64,000 nt of DNA from an uncultured Clostridia bacterium (GCA_944376905.1 CALWEA010000001.1:72610-136609), one strand, 5' to 3'. Counted from the first letter of the stretch, positions 1 to 11,333 are shown. Notes: generated by a model from the letters alone, not told the origin. A program made the numbers and translations.

Positions 1-1
1 T

Positions 2-3000
2 AGTTATGAGATAATTGCAACTGTTTCTCCAAAACAAAATATTAAAAATTTTATTCCATCTAAAAATTATAATTTGGTTGTAAGTAAACTTAATGCTCCT
101 GATGAAATATCTTTTAATGCTCGTTTGGGTGAAACAACTAGCAATGAGTATATTTTACAAACTAACGCACAGTTGACTTGGAATAAAGTTGAAAATGCAA
201 CTTCTTATAAAATTTTTATTAACAATGTTTTAACTCAAACATTTATTCCAGAAATTGAAAATCTCAATAATGAACAATTTAGTGTAATATTAAGTGGGGT
301 TTTTGTTGATGAAACAACTTATTCAATAAATATTCAAGCATTTGGTGATGGCTTTATTCGTTCATTAATGTCTCAAACTTTTACAGTTGTTAAATTAAAT
401 ACATTTGAAAATCAAAATAGTGTTATTCTTTCTGGGGCACAAGTCGACAAAAATCTTAAATTAACTTATGTTTTACCTTATCAATCAAGTCAAACTAATG
501 GATTATATTTGGAGATAAATTCATTAGAAGGAGATTTGTTATATAGTGAAACAATAATTGACACATCATCTTTGTATTATGATTTATCATCTATTGATGA
601 ATTATTGACTTATTTAAATCAACAATCTAACCCTATTGACAGCGGAAAAGATTTTGTTGTTCTTTTAACTATTCTTGGAACAGGTGTTGGCGGTGTTGAA
701 AATAAAATCAGTCAAGATGTTAGTTTGTCTAGTTCAAAAGTTAAAATTCTAGTTCATAAATTATCAACTCCTAATCTTCAAATTGTTGATGATGTTCTTA
801 TTATAAATTCTCAAGATGATAATGATTATGCAAACCAGTTTGAATATAATTATTCGATAACTATAAATGGAAAAGTTGTTCAATCTGGTGTGTATAATGG
901 AGGAATTCTAATAAATCCAAGTTGGGAAAATGGTGATTATCAAATAACAGCGTATGCAACAGCAAAACAAGATGTTTATAATCTTATTAATTCAAGTTTT
1001 CAAATTTATAATCCAGAAAAACTTCAACAAGTTACAAACTTGAAGGTTGAAAGTGTTAAAAATGAATCTGATGAAACATTAAACATACAGCAAGAATATG
1101 TTTACTATAAGTTTGATTCTGTTACAAATGCAACTAATTATGATATATATGTTAATGATGTTCTATTCAAAAACATACAATCAACTGTTAATGGTGAAAT
1201 TCAAACACAACCATTTAATAATTTAACAAATGCTGGAATTTATAAAATAAAAGTTGTTGCAAAAGCAAATGGTTTTATTTCATCTCAATTTAGTAATGAA
1301 ATAACAGTTGTTCGTTTAAACCCAATAAACACTGCAACATTGTCAAATAGTGTTCAAGTTGATTGGCAAAGTGTTGCACAAAATTCAAACCATTATTCTT
1401 ATGCTTTGCAAATTTTGAGTTTAAATAATGATAATAGTGAATTAAATGTAGAGGCAACGGCTTATACAAACAACAATTCAACTCTTAGTTATTCTGATTT
1501 TGTAAACAATAATTGGTTAAATTCATTTGTTGGTGGTAATTTTCAAATAAGAATTTTTGTTCAAGGTAATGGTTCTCCGGATAGTAGCGATAATGTAACA
1601 ACATTGTCTAGTAGTGGATATGTCTTTACTGCATTAAAACTTTTCGCTCCTGATATTTATCCACAGTCTGACCATTTAGAAATTAATAATAATTTATCAG
1701 TTTCTCAAATTCCTAACGGCGATTTAACAGTTAATAGTAGTCATATTTTATATTCAGTTAAATTTGGAAATCAAAGTGAGAATTCATCTTTTGCGCTTGA
1801 TGAGAATGGAAATCCGTTAAATAATATTCTTTATAATGAAAATGACTTATTATACTGGCCAGAAGCATGGCTAGCAGGTTCATATACATTTTTTGCCAAG
1901 GCTTATCCTAATGATGATGTTATTAATGTTATAGCAAGTAGTGAAAAAAGTTTTGTTTCTTTAAGACTTAATGCCCCAACTGGTATTAAATTTTATAGAA
2001 GTTCTGATATTTCCTTAGAAGAATATTCATCTGATAATCCAAATTTTAATTCAAGTGAATATGTTAGTCCAGATTTGTTTTTAGGATTTGATTCTGTTGA
2101 ATATGCGAAAAATTATGTTATTACAAATGTTAGTAAAAGTTTCAATAATCTTCCTAACGGTTATAATCCTAGCGTAGAAGTTTCTTATCATTCAACTAAT
2201 CTTGCTCTTATGGGTGAATTGAATAATGTTATTAGAGCAGGTTCTGGAACAAGAACTATTGGCATACATGTTGTCGCAGAAGGTGGGGCTATAATCAATT
2301 CTCCTAAGGCTTATCTTAATTATGAAATTTTAAATCCAATTCAAACATTCATACAAGAACAGGGAAATGCTGTTTGGAACTCTGTTGATAATGCTTCCTA
2401 TTATTTGATAAAAGCAACTGATGAAGTTGGTGCTAATCGTTTTTGGCAAAACACAGCAACAACAACTTCAAGTTATTTAAATGGACTTTTGGAAAATTTA
2501 ACTGTTGGACAAATTGCTTTTAATATTAAACCTATTGGTAATGTTGGTGTTTTAAAAAGTTCGTCAACCAATGTTTCAACAAATTTAACTAGCGGAACAA
2601 CTATTTTCATTGATGGGGAATATATGGACTTTGACACAGAATTTGTTAAATTGGCAACCCCAACAGATTTGATTGTTAATTATGGGTTTATCATGTTTAA
2701 CACAGTTGAAAATGCAGATAGTTATTATGCTGAAATTTATGATGAATCTTCTTTGTTTATTGCTTCTGTTAAATTAGAAAATATTATAAATTATTTTGAA
2801 GACATAGAACAAATTGATTATATAGTTGATTCAAAAATAATAAATAAACTTCTTGTTCCTAGTGTTTTGTATAAAATAAAGATAAAAGCAGTTAATTCTA
2901 ATGGCAATTATATTCATTCTGATTTTACAGAAACAATTAACATTAAAATTCTTCCTAATGCCAATGCGATTGGGGATATTAAATTAAATAGAGCAACCAA

Positions 3001-6000
3001 TAGCATGCTAAATTCGCAATATATAACTGCTTGGGCTTCTGCAAATTCTTATGGAAGTGTTATTAATGATGGGGCTACTTATTCTGTTAAATCAGTTTCA
3101 ACTAAATATACTGAAAAATCATTAAGAACTTTTGATGTTTCTTTTAAAAACAATACTGTTCAATTTAATGGGTATAGTTTTATAGTGAATGTTGCTAGTG
3201 TTGGAAGTTCTGCGTTAGAAACAGATTCCGATAATGTTACACAATTTTATTATTTAACCTCAGATTTTACTTCATCTCAACAAATTAAAGTTTTAAGATG
3301 TCCAATAATATCCATTCATGAGGGAACAATAACATGGACAATTAGTGAAGGGGCTGATGGCTATTACGTTTATATAAACGACAATCTATATGGTGGCGGT
3401 TTATATAAAGAAAATTTCTTAACGCTTCCTGATATATATGGAGATGCAGTTAATAATACAAAAATAAATATTCAAATTATTGCTGTTAGTGAAAGTTTAG
3501 ATTATTTATGCAGTCCAATTGCAACTTATACATTTTTCTTATCAACAGAAGAAGAGTATTATGAAATTGATGGTAATTTATTAAAATTAAAAACGCCAAA
3601 TAACCTTGTTGTTCGTGATGGTGCGTTGATTTGGGAAAATGGTCTTGAAAATGTTATAAACTTGCTCGAAGATGATTTTGCAAATTTAGTGAATGCGGTT
3701 ACAACCGATGATGTTTCTAATCTACAAAATTATATTTTAAATCTTTTGTCTGCACCTATTAATCTCTATTCTGAATACATTGGTTTCACAATGCCATCAA
3801 TCGAAATGGAGTTTACAAATGTTTTAACAAGTGATATTTATAAAGTTAGAGTGTCTGCTGAAAATTTCTTGACTTTAACAGCAAATCAATTATTAAAAAT
3901 AAATGAACTTTATGATTTGGTTAATGTATACTTAAATGAAGTTATAACTAAAATTGAAAATGAAGAATATGAATATGAAACAGAAGTTGCTGATTACATA
4001 AAAGTTTACTATCAAATGATTATAAACTTTTTTGATAGTCAAGAATTTAAAAATATTTTGAGTGTTTCTGAAAAAGAAAATGGCTGGCCAAACAAAAATC
4101 TTTTGTTTGATGAACTTGTTTATAATCAAACAACTATTCCTTCTGGACAATACACTTTAAGAATTTCACAAATAGGCAATGATTATGATTGGTTAACTTC
4201 TAATTTTACAAATCAAATGGAAATATTTATTCCAAATGCTCCTCAAAATGTTAAAATAGTTGAACAAGATGGAAGTTTCTTGTTACAATGGGATGAGGTT
4301 GCTATTCCGGCACAATACAATTATTCACCAAAAGATGTCAATAGCGATGGACAGGGTGAAAAATATATAATTTACGTTGAAGATGTTAATGGTAATAGAA
4401 TTGAAATTTTAAGAACTAATGGAACAAATAATTACTTAATGCTAAATTTAACTGAATTAATTGACCAAGATATTTTAACTCATGAACATACCTCAATTTT
4501 CATAACTGTTGCTGGTGATAATAAGAGTGTTTTACAAGGATTAATGTCTGAAAAACTTGAAATTTCAATATTGCCACAAGTTAACCCTTATATGAACGAT
4601 GGTGTTCTTGAATGGGATAGTTTGCCAATAGCATCTGGATACAATATAATAGCAAGTGCTGAGGGTTATGAAACTTTAACATATTTCAAATACAATAAAC
4701 TTTCATTTACAGGTGATTTATTACAAAATGATGTTGTTTATAGCATTTCACTTCGTGCGGTTGGTCAAATTATAGAATCAATTGAAAATGAACAAATTGT
4801 TAAAACAACTTATGTTTTATCTGGGAAAGAAGTTGTCTTTAAATTATCAAAATTAAATACAATGAATGTTGAAGTTAATAAATTTGGTGTTTTTGAATGG
4901 CAAAAAGTTGATAATGCTGATGGTTTTGTTGTTACTCTTGCTGGAACGAATATTAGTGTTGTTTGGCGTGATGGTGGTGTTGCAACTAATTATGAAAGCA
5001 GTTTCGAAGGATATTATAATTATCAATTCAAAGCGTTAGGGTCTAATGGAAATATTAATTTTGATAATTTAGAACGTGTTTATTATTTAAATTCTTCAAT
5101 TAATAACAATGGTTTAGGAATTTTAGGAACTAATCTTCCTTCAATAACAAATGTTTGGGTTGAAAATGGTGTTATTAAATTTAAACCTTTGCAAAATGTT
5201 AATTGTGTTCAACCAGATGGATTAACAAAAGTTATAGGTTATAAGTTAACTATTGATAATGGTATTGGGGCATTATATACAACTGATTTATCAACTCAAG
5301 AATTTTATACAGATAATGAAGGCAATATTTGCTTTGATTTCACTAATTATGGCTTTGCAACTACTTATAAATTAATTGTTCAACCTTATATTTATTTTGT
5401 TAATGATGAACAAACTATATTTGAAAATGCACAAATAACTTATAATAAAGATTCTCAAAATTATCATTTGTTGTTGGGTGGAAAATTAAGTTTAACATTT
5501 GATAAAGCAAATTCTCCAACAAATCTTCATATAGAAAATGGTGAAGTTGTTTGGGAAGGTGAAGATGATGTTATGTTTAATGTTGAAATTTCAACTTCAA
5601 CAACAGTTGTTTTAAGTGAATGGACTGATTCAAAATCTTGGTGGACTGAAAACGATTTGATTTTGCCTAATGTTAATTATTATGTTAAAGTTAAGGCGTT
5701 TAAAGATGGCATGGTTTATAGTCAAAATGCAATCTTTATAGACACATTAACAGGGGATATGCAAATAGTTAACAAATTAAGTGCTCTTGATTTAAGCGTG
5801 AACACTTATAGTAATCCAGACGGTGAAACATTTATTGCATTTGACTATCCAACTGGAACATTAGATATTGGTTTTAATTTAATGTTTAAACCATTAAATC
5901 AAGAAGATTTTATGTATTTAGATATAAATAATGAACACTACAACAATGTTATTTCATATTTAAACGGAACAGCAACTATCAGTTTAAAAGAACTTGCGAA

Positions 6001-7858
6001 TGTTTTTGATTTAACTGGTATTGAAGAGATGGAATATGCAATTCAAATTGTTCCTAAAGGCAAAACTTCTTATTTAAAATCTAATTATTCAAAAATATTT
6101 GATTTTTCAATTCCAGACAAGATAAGTAATATTTATTACGATGAAAATAATTACGAATTCTACTGGCAACATGTTGGTTCTTCGTATAGTTATGTTGTTA
6201 ATGATGAAATTTTAGACGCTGATAACAATGTTATTGCAATATATCGTTATAAAATTAAATCTTCAAATATAACAACAGAAGAATACTATCAAGAACGACA
6301 AATTGAGATTGATGGTGTCAATAAATATGTTGGAACGATTTCTTATATACCTTCTATTAGTGGGTATAATCACAGGATTTCTGTTGCAGTTTGTCTTGAC
6401 ACAAGTGCAAATCAAAGTTTAATGTCTTTATTCCAAACATGTGAAACAAATTGTTATTTAGACGTTATTCATGTTGAAAACAACTTATTTGATAAGCAAT
6501 CTCCAATTTATCAAACAATTAATAATTTGGACATAATTTCTTATTTACAAAATAACGCTTATGGTTCAGTTAATAACCCATATTTGATATCAAATGAAAT
6601 AGATTTTGCAAATATTAATTATAGATTAGTTCGTTATAACTATACTCAAACTTATGATGTTGAATTATTTTACAAATTTGGAAATGATGATATTCATAAA
6701 ACATTAACTATAACTGAATCTGATGCAACAACTTATACATTTAAACAAACAGGTGATTTAAATTTAGTTAATGTTGCTATTGGAGCAATAAAAACTCTTC
6801 AAAGTGGAACAGTTAACTATAAATATTTTGGAAACACTTATGATGCAAACAACCATTCAATAACATATACTTTTGATATAACCAGTATGGTTTTTGCAAA
6901 AACAAACTTTAATGTTGGCTTGTTCTATGGTTTAACTGAAAATGGTGTTGTTAAAAATCTTAAACTTGATGCAACCATAGATTTTGCCAATAAACCAAGT
7001 GCAATAATTAACTTTGGTAGTGTTTGTGGTATCAACAATGGTCTTATTGAAAATGTTCAATTAAATAATTTACAAGTGTTAAGATTAATAGATGAAAATG
7101 GAACAGGTGTTAAAACATTGACATTTGGTGGGTTAGTGGCTGAAAACTTTGGAAAAGTTAATTTATGTATAACATCTAATATTGAATTAAGTTTAAGTTT
7201 GGCAAGTAATGGAGATGCAATGTATGTTGGGGGTATTGTCGCTAAAAACACAAGCGGAACAATACAACAAGTTGGAAATAATATTACATTTGTTGTTGTT
7301 GGAAAAACTCAAACTTATGTTGGTGGAGTTGTTGGATTCAACACAGGAATTTTAACTCAATCTTATAATAAAGCAAACTTAACAGCGTCATCAACTGGTT
7401 CAAATTCTAACACTTATATTGGTGGATTAGTTGCCTATAACGATTCTCAAGGTTCTATTCAAAATTCATACTTCGTTGGGGAATTAAACACACCAACTTA
7501 CACATCAACTAATAATTCAAAGATTTATATTGGAGGTATTTCAGCATACACTAGAAGTTCTAATATAACAAATAACTTTACCAATATGCCAGAAATTAGA
7601 AATCAAGGTGTTGCCGTTTGCGGAACTATTGTTGGCCAGTTAGCAACAACAATTCCTTCAAATTTCACATTAACAAATTATTATGTAAATAATAGTGCTT
7701 ATGGTGGAAGTCAAGGCTCTGTTGGAACAAAATTTGTTCAACAGGTTTCTCAAGCAGAATTACAACAATATGCAACTATATTAAACAACAAAGCACAGAT
7801 GATTATTTATAAAAATTCAACTCAATATCCAATTTTTGTTTGGGAAGAAAATTTTTAA
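2..7858 (+). CDS. Giant secreted/surface repeat protein; 5' end lies outside the window (2,618 aa visible)
   Basis: The frame of the listed 74..7858 ORF stays open back to nt 2, so the TTG at 74 is not the real start. About a dozen ~90-100 aa modules carry the signature W-x-x-V-x-N-A-x-x-Y (LTWNKVENATSYKIF, YKFDSVTNATNYDIY, AVWNSVDNASYYLIK, FEWQKVDNADGFVV), which looks FN3/Ig-like. The last ~450 aa carry repeated G-G-[LIV]-[VS]-A motifs (GGLVAENFG, VGGIVAKNTSG, YVGGVVGFNTG, YIGGLVAYNDS, YIGGISAYT), as in GLUG-motif adhesin/IgA-protease-type regions. Confidence 0.8.
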   Translation, partial: SYEIIATVSPKQNIKNFIPSKNYNLVVSKLNAPDEISFNARLGETTSNEYILQTNAQLTWNKVENATSYKIFINNVLTQTFIPEIENLNNEQFSVILSGVFVDETTYSINIQAFGDGFIRSLMSQTFTVVKLNTFENQNSVILSGAQVDKNLKLTYVLPYQSSQTNGLYLEINSLEGDLLYSETIIDTSSLYYDLSSIDELLTYLNQQSNPIDSGKDFVVLLTILGTGVGGVENKISQDVSLSSSKVKILVHKLSTPNLQIVDDVLIINSQDDNDYANQFEYNYSITINGKVVQSGVYNGGILINPSWENGDYQITAYATAKQDVYNLINSSFQIYNPEKLQQVTNLKVESVKNESDETLNIQQEYVYYKFDSVTNATNYDIYVNDVLFKNIQSTVNGEIQTQPFNNLTNAGIYKIKVVAKANGFISSQFSNEITVVRLNPINTATLSNSVQVDWQSVAQNSNHYSYALQILSLNNDNSELNVEATAYTNNNSTLSYSDFVNNNWLNSFVGGNFQIRIFVQGNGSPDSSDNVTTLSSSGYVFTALKLFAPDIYPQSDHLEINNNLSVSQIPNGDLTVNSSHILYSVKFGNQSENSSFALDENGNPLNNILYNENDLLYWPEAWLAGSYTFFAKAYPNDDVINVIASSEKSFVSLRLNAPTGIKFYRSSDISLEEYSSDNPNFNSSEYVSPDLFLGFDSVEYAKNYVITNVSKSFNNLPNGYNPSVEVSYHSTNLALMGELNNVIRAGSGTRTIGIHVVAEGGAIINSPKAYLNYEILNPIQTFIQEQGNAVWNSVDNASYYLIKATDEVGANRFWQNTATTTSSYLNGLLENLTVGQIAFNIKPIGNVGVLKSSSTNVSTNLTSGTTIFIDGEYMDFDTEFVKLATPTDLIVNYGFIMFNTVENADSYYAEIYDESSLFIASVKLENIINYFEDIEQIDYIVDSKIINKLLVPSVLYKIKIKAVNSNGNYIHSDFTETINIKILPNANAIGDIKLNRATNSMLNSQYITAWASANSYGSVINDGATYSVKSVSTKYTEKSLRTFDVSFKNNTVQFNGYSFIVNVASVGSSALETDSDNVTQFYYLTSDFTSSQQIKVLRCPIISIHEGTITWTISEGADGYYVYINDNLYGGGLYKENFLTLPDIYGDAVNNTKINIQIIAVSESLDYLCSPIATYTFFLSTEEEYYEIDGNLLKLKTPNNLVVRDGALIWENGLENVINLLEDDFANLVNAVTTDDVSNLQNYILNLLSAPINLYSEYIGFTMPSIEMEFTNVLTSDIYKVRVSAENFLTLTANQLLKINELYDLVNVYLNEVITKIENEEYEYETEVADYIKVYYQMIINFFDSQEFKNILSVSEKENGWPNKNLLFDELVYNQTTIPSGQYTLRISQIGNDYDWLTSNFTNQMEIFIPNAPQNVKIVEQDGSFLLQWDEVAIPAQYNYSPKDVNSDGQGEKYIIYVEDVNGNRIEILRTNGTNNYLMLNLTELIDQDILTHEHTSIFITVAGDNKSVLQGLMSEKLEISILPQVNPYMNDGVLEWDSLPIASGYNIIASAEGYETLTYFKYNKLSFTGDLLQNDVVYSISLRAVGQIIESIENEQIVKTTYVLSGKEVVFKLSKLNTMNVEVNKFGVFEWQKVDNADGFVVTLAGTNISVVWRDGGVATNYESSFEGYYNYQFKALGSNGNINFDNLERVYYLNSSINNNGLGILGTNLPSITNVWVENGVIKFKPLQNVNCVQPDGLTKVIGYKLTIDNGIGALYTTDLSTQEFYTDNEGNICFDFTNYGFATTYKLIVQPYIYFVNDEQTIFENAQITYNKDSQNYHLLLGGKLSLTFDKANSPTNLHIENGEVVWEGEDDVMFNVEISTSTTVVLSEWTDSKSWWTENDLILPNVNYYVKVKAFKDGMVYSQNAIFIDTLTGDMQIVNKLSALDLSVNTYSNPDGETFIAFDYPTGTLDIGFNLMFKPLNQEDFMYLDINNEHYNNVISYLNGTATISLKELANVFDLTGIEEMEYAIQIVPKGKTSYLKSNYSKIFDFSIPDKISNIYYDENNYEFYWQHVGSSYSYVVNDEILDADNNVIAIYRYKIKSSNITTEEYYQERQIEIDGVNKYVGTISYIPSISGYNHRISVAVCLDTSANQSLMSLFQTCETNCYLDVIHVENNLFDKQSPIYQTINNLDIISYLQNNAYGSVNNPYLISNEIDFANINYRLVRYNYTQTYDVELFYKFGNDDIHKTLTITESDATTYTFKQTGDLNLVNVAIGAIKTLQSGTVNYKYFGNTYDANNHSITYTFDITSMVFAKTNFNVGLFYGLTENGVVKNLKLDATIDFANKPSAIINFGSVCGINNGLIENVQLNNLQVLRLIDENGTGVKTLTFGGLVAENFGKVNLCITSNIELSLSLASNGDAMYVGGIVAKNTSGTIQQVGNNITFVVVGKTQTYVGGVVGFNTGILTQSYNKANLTASSTGSNSNTYIGGLVAYNDSQGSIQNSYFVGELNTPTYTSTNNSKIYIGGISAYTRSSNITNNFTNMPEIRNQGVAVCGTIVGQLATTIPSNFTLTNYYVNNSAYGGSQGSVGTKFVQQVSQAELQQYATILNNKAQMIIYKNSTQYPIFVWEENF

Positions 7859-7922
7859 TTAATTAATAAAATATTTCAATTTTTAATAATAAAATTATTA
7901 TTTAAAAAATAATTTAAAAATT

Positions 7923-8052
7923 AAATATCTAAATAATTATTGAAATAATAATATATTAAAAAAAATAAATATTTAAAAAATAATTGAAATAATGATGTTT
8001 TTAAAAAATAAGTATTTAAACAATTATTGAATATTAATAATATTTAAAAATT
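7923..8052. repeat. Imperfect ~43-bp tandem repeat x3 in the AT-rich spacer after the giant gene
   Basis: Units are 7923..7966, 7967..8009 and 8010..8052. Each reads roughly aaatatYtaaaNaattattgaaataatRatNtttaaaaaat. Confidence 0.6.
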
Positions 8053-8217
8053 AATAATTTTAATTTTTAATTACTATAAAAATTTGTATTTGTTATAAAA
8101 AAAGTTGAAAATTTTGAAAAATAAGAGCATAATGATAAACACACTTCTATTGTTATTATTTGTGTATGTGTCATTATTAGTTTTAAATTTAAATTAAATG
8201 GAATAAATTAATATAAT

Positions 8218-9150
8218 ATGAAAAAATTATTAATACTTTTATTGGGATTTTTAATCTATATCCCGTTAACTGGTTTTACAAATATTGAGTATGGTTCATC
8301 AAATAATTCTAATTCAACGATAAGTGAGTTTGTAACCCTTCAACAATCTACTGATGGTTTGGCAGAATTAGGGGTTAATCAGGAAATTTTTGATGAATTC
8401 TTGAAAAATGTTGCTAATCAATTAAAAATATTAATTGATTTTAGTTTAAAAAATCAAGTCAATACAGATAATTCTTTAACATTGGAAAGCAAGCAAAAAC
8501 TTTTAAATAATGGTTTTGTTGTCTACGCTTCAGTAACAGAACATAAATTGGTTGTTAATGTTCAATTTGCGAATTCTTCATTTAGAGATTATTTTTGTGG
8601 TGATGATGCTTATAGTAATGTTGTATTAGAGGAAAAGTTTTTTGTTATAAATAGAGTTGTAACAATGAAACCAAGTGTTGTTAAAATAAATATAAACGAA
8701 GATATAATTTCATTACCAGAAGCAGTTTACAATTATGTTAATAACATGGCTTTAAATGAATTTGGAACGTCTGCTTTAAAGGTTTTTCAAAATCCTCAGT
8801 ATGAATATTCACTTATAACATCTTTGCATAGAATTCATTCAAATGCTAGTGACGTTTCTTATGATAATGGTTATTATTATCACACATGGATTGTTGGTAA
8901 TGTTGATGATTTAATCATAAAAACCTACACAACTCATGCAAACACAATTATCTGGTATTTATCAGCAGTTGTTTTAACATTGATTTTTGCGTTAATATTA
9001 TGGGGTGTTTCATTATTAAAAAATAAGAAATTAAAAAATATCAACATTTCAAACAATTCTCAAAACATTCAAAAAATTAATAATGAAATAAAAATTAGTA
9101 TTGATTTAGTTGAAAGTGACAAGGATAGCAAAAATAAAAATAATAAATAA
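8218..9150 (+). CDS. Hypothetical exported, C-terminally membrane-anchored protein
   Basis: N-terminal signal-like segment MKKLLILLLGFLIYIPLTG. C-terminal TM helix IIWYLSAVVLTLIFALILWGVSLL followed by a K/N-rich tail. No family recognised. Confidence 0.6.
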   Translation: MKKLLILLLGFLIYIPLTGFTNIEYGSSNNSNSTISEFVTLQQSTDGLAELGVNQEIFDEFLKNVANQLKILIDFSLKNQVNTDNSLTLESKQKLLNNGFVVYASVTEHKLVVNVQFANSSFRDYFCGDDAYSNVVLEEKFFVINRVVTMKPSVVKININEDIISLPEAVYNYVNNMALNEFGTSALKVFQNPQYEYSLITSLHRIHSNASDVSYDNGYYYHTWIVGNVDDLIIKTYTTHANTIIWYLSAVVLTLIFALILWGVSLLKNKKLKNINISNNSQNIQKINNEIKISIDLVESDKDSKNKNNK

Positions 9151-9473
9151 AAACTTTGAATTATTCATAAAAATTTTCTATTATTTTTAATTATTTTAAA
9201 TTTTGTTTGTAAATATTATTTTATATTTTTAATTTTTAAATTTTTTGATATGCGATAAGAGTTAAAAATTATTGTATTTTAAAAGAGATTTGAAATGTTA
9301 ATATTAATTTTTAAAAATTGAATTAATAATTGTTGTTTTTTGTAAAATTATTAAATTTTAACCTTTAAAAAGAAAAGTAAAAATGATTAAATTATAAAAT
9401 TATTGTTATTTAAATTAAAAAAACATGAATTTTATAAAAATCATTTTTCTTTTTTTGTTTATTGTGATATACT

Positions 9474-10394
9474 ATGAACATGAAAAAAAATTTGTATAAT
9501 AAGTTGTTTTTATCAATTTTTTTAATTATGGTTTTTGCTTGTATGGCAATTATACAAGTAAGTTTATTTAATTCAAAAATAGTAAATTCGAAAAATGTGG
9601 CATTCATGGAAACAACAAGTCCAACTGTTGCAGTTAAAATTCCATCCTCTGTTAGCGATATAACAAATAAAGTAACTTTATCTTATGAAGACGCCAAAAA
9701 TGAAAATTATTATATAAATTTAAAAATTTTAAATTTTGATTTTCAAATAGGAGATAAAGTTGTTTATATGGTTATTGCTCCTAACACTCAAAAATATTAT
9801 CCTCTTTTTCAGGGAACAGATAATGCAGTTATAGATATAACTTCCAACAATATAGGATTAAAAGCAGAAGTTAGAATAAAACCCCTAAACTATTTTGTTA
9901 ACGTTGGGACATATACTGTTTTAGCGACTATTATTCATAATGGTGAACAATTTTCGACCAATTATATTGACATAGAAATTGACTTGCCAGCAGAATCAAA
10001 TTATCAATTGCAAATTTCATATCAAGAAATTAAAGGAAATCAAAATGAACTTAGTACTTATTATTTGTCAGCAAAGATATTTTTAAATTCAGAACAAATT
10101 AATGCAGATAATATGTTGATATCATGGTATCTTCAAAATAACAATGAACCATTTAGAAGAATGAATTCGGATTTTGAATGGAAACCAGAAGAACCTGGTA
10201 TTTACACAATTTCGGCAAAAATAGAAGGATTGGCAAGTGGATTAACAATTGAAAGTAAGAATCCAATAGTTATAACTGCGGTTTATAATAATTCAAACAC
10301 TATTTTTATGTGGATAGGAATTATAGTTGGTGTTGCAGTTTTAGGCTTAGTTGTTGTTATAATAATAAAAGTTAAAAGTGAAAAAGTTTGGTAG
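9474..10394 (+). CDS. Hypothetical exported, C-terminally membrane-anchored protein with Ig-like beta-rich ectodomain
   Basis: N-terminal hydrophobic segment LFLSIFLIMVFACMAII and C-terminal TM IFMWIGIIVGVAVLGLVVVIII. Short G-x-Y-T-[IV] strands (GTYTVLATI, PGIYTISAKI) resemble Ig/PKD-type folds. The start could be ATG 9480. Confidence 0.6.
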   Translation: MNMKKNLYNKLFLSIFLIMVFACMAIIQVSLFNSKIVNSKNVAFMETTSPTVAVKIPSSVSDITNKVTLSYEDAKNENYYINLKILNFDFQIGDKVVYMVIAPNTQKYYPLFQGTDNAVIDITSNNIGLKAEVRIKPLNYFVNVGTYTVLATIIHNGEQFSTNYIDIEIDLPAESNYQLQISYQEIKGNQNELSTYYLSAKIFLNSEQINADNMLISWYLQNNNEPFRRMNSDFEWKPEEPGIYTISAKIEGLASGLTIESKNPIVITAVYNNSNTIFMWIGIIVGVAVLGLVVVIIIKVKSEKVW

Positions 10395-10612
10395 AAGTTA
10401 AAATTTTTTTAGAGAACATAAAAAACTCAAATATTTTTGAGTTTTTTGTTTTTTATAAAGATGAATCAAAATTTGAAATAAAAATAAAAAAATAATTTAT
10501 AATTTTATTAATTAATTAAATAAAATAAAATAAAATAAAAATGTTAAATTAATTAGTTTTTAATTTGTATTGATTTTTTATATTAGATATGTTAAAATTA
10601 AGAAATTATTCT

Positions 10613-10702
10613 GGAAGAATGTCAGAGCGGTCTAATGTGCACGCTTGGAAAGCGTGTGTGGGGTCAAACTCACCGGCGGTTCGAATCCGCCTTCTTCCGC
10701 CA
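10613..10702 (+). tRNA. tRNA-Ser (anticodon GGA), CCA encoded
   Basis: Acceptor stem GGAAGAA/TTCTTCC. Anticodon stem CACGC/GCGTG with loop TTGGAAA (GGA). Long variable arm GTGGG-GTCAAA-CTCAC. T arm GGCGG-TTCGAAT-CCGCC. Discriminator G plus CCA. Confidence 0.93.
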
Positions 10703-10712
10703 TGAACTTGTT

Positions 10713-10743
10713 CATCCGTACCATTTGGTATGGGTGTTTTTTT
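10713..10743 (+). terminator. Rho-independent terminator after tRNA-Ser
   Basis: A 10-bp stem CATCCGTACC / GGTATGGGTG (two G-U pairs) with loop ATTT, followed by T7. Confidence 0.7.
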
Positions 10744-11011
10744 ATATAAAAAGCGATAATTAATTATACCGCTACGATTTTTTATTATTTTTTTCAAGTA
10801 CTGCGAAATATTATTTTGAATAGGATGTTGTTGATAGGGCAATGTTGTTATTTATTTCTTGTTCGATTAATAGTTTTTGGTTTTCATGTTCTAAATCAAA
10901 ATTGTAGAAATTAGCCTAGAAGTGATTTAGCAAATGAGAATAATCAGTAATATCTTTGCTTGGGTTGTTTTTCGCCCATAACATATGTTATAATATAATA
11001 GAGGAGGAAGA

Positions 11012-11323
11012 GTGAAAAATAAAAAAACTATTATAATTTACATACTAAAATTATTTGAAAACATTATAGATGAGAATTTACCAATGACACAAACTACAAT
11101 AGCAAAAGTTTTAGGAATATTAGGGATTGAATGTGATAGAAAAACTGTTGGAAGAAATATTAGATATTTGACTCAAATAGGTTGTCCAATAAAGAAACAT
11201 AAAAGCGGTGGATATTATTTTGATAAAAAAGAAACTTGGGATTTATGGAGTGTAAATGAAAGAGGAGATTTAAAAAAAATATTTAATACTTTTAAAACAA
11301 ATCAATTTAAAGATTTTAACTAA
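11012..11323 (+). CDS. Small stand-alone winged-helix DNA-binding protein (HTH_11/DeoR-N-like, as at the N-terminus of WYL-type regulators)
   Basis: GTG start 4 nt after GAGGAGGAAGA. The pattern IIYILKLF...ENLPMTQTTIAKVLGILGIECDRKTVGRNIRYLTQIGCPIKKHKSGGYYF matches the wHTH that ends in the G-G-Y-x-[LF] wing. There is no ligand domain. Confidence 0.45.
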   Translation: MKNKKTIIIYILKLFENIIDENLPMTQTTIAKVLGILGIECDRKTVGRNIRYLTQIGCPIKKHKSGGYYFDKKETWDLWSVNERGDLKKIFNTFKTNQFKDFN

Positions 11324-11333
11324 GAGAATTATT

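Noticed and set aside
10606-10842. 78-aa minus-strand ORF from the track
   Set aside because: It overlaps tRNA-Ser(GGA) and its terminator on the opposite strand. The Arg/Gly-rich stretch is simply the antisense of the GC-rich tRNA. It has no RBS.
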